A DNA stretch of 64,000 bases from Monocercomonoides exilis PA203 (lineage: Eukaryota; Protista; Preaxostyla), in contig LSRY02000004.1 in NCBI GenBank assembly GCA_001643675.2, positions 682,001-746,000 on the forward strand, written 5' to 3'. The position numbers were made by a program, and so were the translations under genes. Below the pieces are notes generated by a model. It searched no databases. It was given only the letters and a program-made list of their open reading frames with translations, and was not told the origin of the DNA. Within the stretch, counting starts at the first letter, position 1, and every line of letters begins with the position of its first letter. Positions 40,751 through 50,200 of this stretch are shown here, in pieces.

Positions 40751-41247
40751 TTCAAAACACAATTTGTTTGAAAAATGACTGTAAATATAATTCCAAGGTG
40801 TTGATTGAATCTCCTCTAACCTTTTAATTTAGAAAACACTAATTACAGAAAATATTTTGATGTGATTCAAATTTCAGTATTCCAACGAAAAATCTGCAGA
40901 GACTTCATGCTCGTAAAAATACATATTCCTCGTCAATAATACATAAATCATGAAGCATATATACAAGCATATCAAAATAAAAACTAAAAATTTAATCGCA
41001 AACCAAATCAATTGATTGCAACCAATTTGTAGTTCTTCATAAATATTTGTAAATACATATAAAAATAACTTCAAACAAATATAAGCAAAAACATGAAAAA
41101 TAAGCTGGATAAATCACAATTAAATACTTGTAGCAAAAGAAACATCATTTTGAACAATAGTTTTAAAAATATTTCTGAATTATCATTTTGAAACTTAAAA
41201 ACCTTTCACATTAATAAATTTTATCTATCATACTAAGGATTTCAGCT

Positions 41248-44200
41248 CTAGTTGTTTTCACCGCTTAACTTTTCAGAAATATAAATGATACTCGCGCTCA
41301 CTTCTTTTTCGTCTGTTTCTTCATCTTCAAAATCAATCGCATCTGAGACAGTCACGAACACTGTCCCTTTTGAAAAATACTTGATAAACGATCTTTTCAA
41401 TTCTACAAGTGTAGGCCGACATGATGCTTTTGCAGACAAACACGCTTTAATAGACTCAAAATGTGTTGACATGCTGACTGAAGAAGCGTTTGGTCTTTCT
41501 CCTTTCACAATCTTGTCTCCCGCAATCACTGCCTCATACTCCCCAAACGGGATCTGAAGTGTCAAACATTCCCACAGCATCATCCCAATCGAAAATGCAA
41601 CAGTCTTCTTCGTCGCCTGCTTCTTTGTCCCGCTCAGCAGCTCAGGCGCCATCCACCTCAGGCACTCTTTTTTGAAACTATCTTCATCCTCAAATGCTGA
41701 CGAGGGCAGAGAGTCACTTTCATCATCATCATCACTTGCAGATGTCACAACAGTCGATGAAGAGATGGATGATGAATCTGAGTCATCAGAAGAGAAGTCA
41801 GAGTGCATCACAATGCATATCACCATATGTTCTGAGAACAGCACAATGTGCGGGCTCAGATTCGCAAGTGACTGAAGCTTGTTTTCCATTTCATCAAACG
41901 AGTGGAGCGCAAGATTCGCCACCAAGAACAGGATCTGTGCAGCTGTCACTTCTCTCTCTTCCAGCGATCCGATCGGCATCTCCTTTGTCTTGTTCCTTCC
42001 ATGCAGCAGCATGAACAGCGAATCTCTCAGATCCACAATCAGCTTCTCATGAGGTGAAGAGCAGGCCATTGCATCCACCAGATTCGACATCGATGAGGTG
42101 GTTGGGCAAAGATCCTCCCCTCGAACAAATGTGGAATCTGAATCGGTTGTTGAAGTGGTTGAAGTGGATGAAGTGGATGAGATGGATGGAGATGGTGTTC
42201 GCTTCCTAATCTCTTCCTCTTCATCTTTCTCCAATGCCCACTGAGGAATTTTGTCCGAATCTCTTCCAAGGATGTATTCTGTCGAACCACTCTCAGATAG
42301 AAGATGCTCGGATGATTCAGAATGTTGCATATTCGTATCATACACCCTCTTCTTTATCCTCTCTTCATTTTTCTTCTCAGCTTCCCTCTCTGCCCTCCTC
42401 CATTGCTCTTCCGGTGACATCTCCATCGTCACCATCTCAAATGCCTTAGGATCTTTTCTGATGTTGTCATTCACAATCTCTCTCAGATCTTCTGCTTCAT
42501 TCTTCACCTTCTTCCATCGAACAGCCAGAACAACGGCAACTATAAGAACAATCAACAAAATTATCACCAACACAATTATAATAACTGTTGAATAGCCATA
42601 TCCTTTTCTACTTTCAACAGGTTTTCCATCTCCACTTGCTTTCGGATCGCTTCCGTTCTTCAAAATGAATGCCTTTGTTGAAGAAGGCGTATCTGCATTT
42701 CCAAACAGAATGCACACCAACACTTCTGCCTCCTCTCCTGCCTCGCAAATCGTCTTTGAAGGTACCGCCCCCAACACTTCTGCCTCCGACACAAACCCTC
42801 CCTCATCAAACGAGTATCTCTCCACCAACGCCTCCGACCCAACCCTCTTCACCACCCGAAACGACAGATTGCACGGCACAAGAAGCAGCCCAGCGAACTT
42901 CAGCCTCGTCACGCTCCCATCCTCCTCCGCCTCCACACTTTCCAGTTCCGGAATGAAAAACACTGATTCTCTTTCTTCCGCTATCCCGCCCAGCGTGCAT
43001 CCTTCGTTCAGCACCCACAGCGACGATCCATCCTTCACTCCATCTCCTCCTTTCACACTTGTCATGTTTAACAACCCAGAGCCTGCGCAAATGATATTTC
43101 TCCGAACTGATTTATAATTTCCGATCTTCGGGTTGTTGTTTATGAATTCGCTTTTTTCAATCGTCATGCTTCCTCCAAACACGCTCATTCCTCCCATCGA
43201 GCTGTTTGCAATTGTGATGTCTTTCAAAGTTGCTGTGCTGTTGACAAATGAAACGACCGAAGATGCCCATTTGCAAATGTGCTCCTCTTTGCTGTTTTCA
43301 TTTTTTTCTGAATGATCCAGGTCACCTCGAAGCACGTTCCAATGCAATGTCACATTGTTGCAATCGCAAAAACTCATCACGCTTCCTGCCTCAGACTTCG
43401 AAGAAGCATTGGAAAAAGTGCAATTCGCCAAACAAATCCCTCCTTTGAACAACGAGCAAGCAATGATTCCTTCCTCCTGCTGTGCAGACGAAACATTATC
43501 AAATGATGCATCTTTGAGTTCAACACTTCTTTCGCCTCCACTCTTTTGCTGTTCAGAAAATGGTTGTTCCCCTTCAATCAAAATGAAAGCGCCTTTGTTC
43601 AGAACAGTATCTTCCGCTTTCATTTCAGAAAACAACACACAACCACTCAAATGAGCGATTCGAATTGAAGCTTCGGCAGAAAAGTGCATGTGACTTATTT
43701 TTATCTGTGAAGCAGTCACTTGCCCATTTTCGATTGAGATGAGCGTCAGTTCAATCGTTTGAGCACTTCTTTCTTCCTGCGATTGGGAAAAGCTGCATGC
43801 AAACAACGACAGGCTTCCAGATTCTGCTGTGAGCAAAATGTGGTGTGCTGAAGAAAAGTCTGATTCAAAGAAAAACTCAATCTTCGAGACAGAGACGCTT
43901 CCTGATGTTGATATTACGCTGGATCTTGTGTGCGCAATATCGCGGAATATGGTGAGTTTCGAGGGATCTTCCTTTCGAGACGCGATTGAAAGATCTTCCA
44001 GATCCATCTCCTTTTCAACAAACGACTCGTCATCCACCAGAAGTCTGCTTTCCACATCGTTCGTCAAATGGCTCAGCGCATAGCCGATTGTCAGGCACGG
44101 AAGCTTCAGTGTTCCGCATTGTCTGTCATTCTTCCCGTTCTTGGAGGGAGCGGATGACAGGATGATGGTGTCTGCCTGGTGGATTGTGATGAAATCCATC

Positions 44201-47200
44201 AGATTTGTGTCGCTCTTGTGGTTTGTGGAGTCGATTCCGTAAATAGCATTCAACCGCGTATATGCTGTGTCTCGCAAGTCAAAATAGAATTGCGTCTCAT
44301 TGATCTGGCTTTCGATGTCAACACACTCCACAAAAATATCATTCCCCACTTTCGCGCTGTTTCCTTTGAATGTCATCTTCTCAAACAGAAACGAGAGGGC
44401 ACCCTCAAAATTTGCATATATGTAAATCCATCCTCCTTTTCCGTTGTCGTTGCTGCATCCGCACTGAATCACTGATGACTTGCTCATTGACAGAGCTCCT
44501 TCGCTATGAAGCTCCTCAAAAACACCGCCACCCTTCTCGGAACCAACTGCCTTGCACGAATCAAATGTGCATCCGCTGATTGATATCACTGAAGCACAGC
44601 CAGACGAACTGATAATTGCAGGCCCGTTTCCATTCCGAGTGATCAGCTGGAATGTGGAGTTTTTGATGGCGACAGAGCAGTCAGCAGCATTCTCCTTTTG
44701 GAATGAGCGAGAAACTATTTTCACAAAACTTACTCCAGAAAATGTACATCCCGAAGCCGCAAGATGCTGCATTGCACAATCGCATCCGTTGCTGATCGAA
44801 AACACACCCATCTCCGACATCACATTCTCAACTGACAGCTTCGAAACATTCAGCACTCCGCTTTCCATCAACAAGAACCCAACCTTCGCTGGAGCATCTC
44901 CACGTATCTCAGCTACAAACGAACAATCGCTTATCCCAATCACCCCACTTTTTCCAACAAATGAATACTGCCGCTCGTTCCAAAACCCTTCCGACAGTAC
45001 AACTGAAATCCTATTCAGTTGCAAAACGCCCTCGCTGCTAATTGCGGGATCGGTGCCACTTTCTGTCTTGTTTGCAAAAATCAGCTTCCCTTGATTATGT
45101 TCTTCTGTTTCAACTTGTTCAATAATAAAGTTCGACAGCACGAACGAGTCCTGCACAATTGTTTCATCTGATATTTTAATCCACTTCTGAGGAGCACTTT
45201 CATCAATCTGCTTCATCCCTTTCCACATGCCCTTGCACGGATCCTCTTCGCTTCCGCACCTCATAATATCGTATCCACCTGAACTCACAAATATTGTTTG
45301 GCTCACGTATGTCTCCAAGAAACGGAGCAACCCAGTGTCTTCCCAGACTAAATCCCTTCCACAAAACAGCAGTTTGTCTTCTCTTCTTTTCGTGAAGTCA
45401 AAGCAGAGTGTTGAGAGTGTCACACTTTTGTTCAGATCCCCTGCCGAGATGAATATGTTTTTTCCTGCCTGCGCCTTGTGGCCAGCAAATGAAACATCTT
45501 CTCCAAAAACAAAAGGAGTGCCAGCCAAAGCACCCTGGCATTCAACAAACGCAAACCCGCCTCTTCCACATTCTTCAGAGCAGCAGCAGTCATCTGTTTC
45601 TGTTTGGCTCATCAAAAATGTCGCTTCACCCACCAGCTCCACATAAACTGCTCCTCCCTTCTGGCTCGGCTTCGCAGATATCGATGAAAAATTGCATCCA
45701 GATATTTCGCACGAGGATGTCAGCCAAACAGGCGTTGACGAGAAAGACAGTGAAGTGAAATCGCAATTCAGCAATTGAACATCGCCTCCTTCAGAATGAA
45801 TGAGGCAGAACTCCAAGTTTGATGCGCTGTTGGATTTGAAGGTGCATCTATTGAGCGAAAGGCAAGAATCGGCTGATTCAGACAAAAGAAGAGTATTTTC
45901 GTTGTTTACGAAAGAAGAAGGAAGCGAAAATTGAATCAATTCAAACTTCAATTCTTTCGAGTTCTGAATAATTGATTTTTTTGAATCACTTGTTTCCATT
46001 AAATTCTCAAACAGCATCACACACTTCTCATCTGCCTTGTTCGGCACAACTTTGAACAATGAGAGGTCATAATGGTTCCTGATATTTGCTTCTGTTTCAA
46101 TTCGTATAACCCGATTCGGTGCTTCCAAATCGATGTTTTCATATCCTCTCCAAAACGACAGGCAAGCGAATTCCGCACTTCCACACCCCAAAATGTCCAT
46201 TCCACCCCTTGAAACAAGAATCGTATCATCCTTTCTTTGGATCAGGAATAGCAGAAGATCAGTTACAGATCCTTTCAGCAAAACATTATCTGTGCCTTTC
46301 AGATCAACAATGTTTTCGTTTCTCTCATTCTGCAGCTGAAACGCAAACCTTTGTCTCACAACAGATGCATTCACGTCTGTGCTCAACACAAATATGTCTT
46401 TCCCTTCAAATGCACAATTATCTGCAAATGTTATTTCTGTCAGTTTTATGCTCAGCAAGGGATTCTCTGAAATATCCAGATACAATCCACCTCCTCTTCC
46501 GCCTTCCTCGCTTGCTGAACACGACCTGATGCTTGTGCCGTTCATCTTAGCATCGCTTTCTCCCTCAACGGAAATAAGTCCACATCCTCCGTTCCCTCCT
46601 TCGTTCCTACAACCCTTCATGCTTGTCCCATTCTTCCAGTTCAGGGTCTTCACTTTCTTCAGCACAGCAAACCCACCATTCTCAAATGAACAGTTTGTGC
46701 TTTTCAATTTATTCAAAAAAATCTCAGTTCCCCCTTCTCCAACAACCATTCCTTTCCCGCTTGATCGGATGTTACTCACTTCCACGCTGTCAAAAGTGCA
46801 CCCAACCTCGCCGCTCAAAAAGATTCCGCAGTCAGCTTTATATTCCATGTTCTTTATAACCACTCTATCCAGCGAGATCTTTCCACCTTTCCCTGTAATT
46901 ATCCTCATGTTTGTCTCCGCCAATGTTTCCGGATCAGCATTTCCGAATGAGCACTCCACAAAATACGTTTTCCCCACACTAACTTCCACAAGCTCAGCGA
47001 AATCTGATGTTTCAGGCAGCTCAAATCCAATCTTCGAAATCGTCAGTGTTGTGAGCGTGGTTCCAACTGCCATCTTCAAGTGCCCCTCTTTCCCCACAAT
47101 CACCCGACTCCCGTCCTCTCCTTTCCCTTCAATCGTCGTCGGTTCGTTTTCCCTCTCGATCTCTCCACTCAGCTCACACGATGAAAGAATTCGCAGGACG

Positions 47201-50200
47201 CGCTTCTCCTCAGTCATTTTTCTTGAAGCATACCAAAGCTCCTCGCAAGGATAATCGTCAGCGCCACACCCGTCTGTATGGCCATTGAGCGTGTTCACAT
47301 ATATTATTTCGTCCGCTCTGGGGAACAGATACTTCAGAAGCGTGTCTGTTCCATCGGGAAATGTTGGATCAATCACCCACATCGTTTCCTCCTCCTGGCC
47401 TTCTGTGGCTGATCCTGCCCATTTATTTCTGTCAATCGTAATCCGCGGAGTGGGGCACACAAGATACACATCGTATCCCAGCATCGCATCGTTGCTCAGG
47501 AATTTGTTGTTCTTCATCGAGTATCCAACCTCGCTGCTCAAAAACTCCATGTGCAACCCTCCCCCCAAACCATCCGCTTTCCTCACTTTGCTCTCTTCAA
47601 CCGTGTTGTTGTTGAACAGCAGCTCCCCGTTGGCAGATACAGTTGTGATGATGCTTCCTCCTTTCGAACCACTCGCCAAGCAGTTGATTGAAGTAAATGA
47701 ACAAAAATTCACGCTCAAACTCTTCCCGGCTCCAACTCTCCCCGTAACCACAACTCCGTTTCCTTCGTTCCTCGTCAAAAGACTGAAGTTGCTCTTTTCA
47801 ACTGTTGCACTCGACAATTCTTCAACGAATAAGGCCCCGTGGTTCCCAAACTGTGTCGGCCCAGATATTTTCGAGTTTTTCATTTCTACATGGCTGCTGG
47901 ACTTTACAGCAATCAGTCCTTCAACTGATCCCGTCTTTAGGTTGTTCCATTCCACATCTTCCAGAGTGCATCGGCTGCTCGTCCCGCTCAGTTCAACCAC
48001 TGGCGCTCCCAGCAGTTCTATTTCGTTCAGCACTCCCCTCAGAATATGGAGACTCCCACCTCTCACAGTCACATATCCAAAGTCGATCTTCTTTGATTGC
48101 GCATTCATTGAGCAATCAACCAGCGAAAGTGCGGAGCCACTGCACAGGAATAGACACTTTCTTTCAGCTGCTGTAAATGTTGTTGAAACATTGAATGCTA
48201 TTCCACTGAATGAGATTGCATTGCTTGTATCGATGAGCCCTTCTCCTTCTCCTGTTCCATCAGATATCACATTTATCAGTGTTCCGTTTGTCTCTGCTTC
48301 AATGTCCATCTCTTGCGAACTCAAAACAATCGTATTTGCAAAGCAGAAACGACCTGTGAGCCTCAAACTCGCCTTCGAATCCCCAAATCGCACCAAACCC
48401 CCATACTGCAGCGTTCCGCACGGATAATCCGAAAACCCACATCCTGTGTAATCAAAGCTGTTCTCCTCTGCTCCGCCAATAAAGCAAGGCTCTCCGAATT
48501 CTCGGAAATACAACACGAGAGGAATGTGAAATTCTTTATTTGTTGTGCTTCTCTCAAAGCCCATCATATCTTCAGCCAATATGGTCTCTGTTTTAAAGCA
48601 CTGCAGCCAATCCCCAATAATCTGCCTCAGATCTTCTCCGTCAACAAACAGCTCCTTTCCTTTCCAAGCATTGCAACCGCTGAAACTGATATTGTCGAAG
48701 GCTAGGCTTCTGATGCTTTCGTGCAAAAAAAGATACATTGCACCGCCTAATCCATTTCCCACCGATTCGCGATCTTCTGAAGGCACCATGCAGTTCTCAA
48801 AACTTGTGCTTTTCACGCTCAAAAAGTTCCCGCTTCCAACCTTCCCCATGACTCCCCCGCCTCGAATTCCATTCCCTTCGTCACATGAGCCAGTGAAGTT
48901 GCAACTTTGGATTGTGATACTTTTTTCATCTCCGTTTGCTTCATTGATATATAAGCATCCACCGTCTCCATTTATCCTCCTCGTTCCAGTCAAGCTGCTG
49001 TTCTCTATCTTTATTGAATTGTAGTTGTCTGCAAAGATGGGTGAAGTTGTGAATGTTGTTGCTTGTTCCATTTTGAATCCACTTATCAGAAGATTCCCGC
49101 TTTCTACAAAGATCACATTGAAGGAAACAGGATCATTTGTATTTTCTGAAGAGAAATCCACACAACAGTTGGAGATGGAAAGCGACGATGAAGAGAAAAG
49201 AAAGGCTTTTCTTGCAGCTGCGAACAGCCTTTGCACATTCAGTGACAGATTTGAAAGGGAAAGAGGAGAGGAGCACATCACCAGTCCATCCTGTATGGCT
49301 CTGTCTGTGTCTCTAACCGAAATAGGCACAAGCGCCTCAGAATAGATAGTCGCTGATTTGGTCCAAATCACAACTTCCTGTTGTATTATTGACCTTGAAA
49401 GAACTTTGATGGTGTTCAATGGATCGCTTATTCGGTTCTCAATGCAGTAATCGATTGACAAGCAAGCAGAAGAAGGAAATCCACAGTGAGTGTGATCAGC
49501 TCCATTGTCGCTGTCAGTGATAATTTCTGATTGAAGAATGCAAAGATACACATGCAGAGGAATCACAAGAGAAGCACTTCCATTTTCGCTTCCGCTCAAA
49601 GCCAAAGCGTCTGACGGCAATTCCGATGAATCAAAAAATCCAATTGAAGACGAATTGATCATTTGGGAAAGTAAAATCCCACTCTCACATCCAACAAACA
49701 CATCCTTTCCATATTCAGCTTTGTTCTTTGTTTCCTTTGAAAATACAACTTCATTCTTTATTTCAAAAGAAGAAGACACATAGCCACAGCGGATGCATAT
49801 TCCTCCTCCTTTCCCTCCACATCCTTCTTCGCTTGGTGCACAGCATCCCTCGAAACAAGTTGAGCCATTTACAATCAGAATATCATTTTCGCCTAGCCAA
49901 GCACTCATCCCTCCTCCTTCTCCTCCATCCCCATAAACGCAGCAATCACTGAAGCCGCAACCATCGATCACAATCTCTCTATTGCGGTTATTATTCAACA
50001 CGTTGTTCTTCGCAATCGAAATACATCCTCCATTCCCATTCATCCTCTTGATGCTGCACATGTTGCATCCAGCACAGTTTAGCATCCCAGCTCCATTCAA
50101 ACTGATCAACGAAGCGGATCCAAATGTAATCTGCGATGTTGTGGAAAATCGGTTCAAAAACAGGCTCCCATCGTTTATCTTGATAAATCCAAATCCAAAT

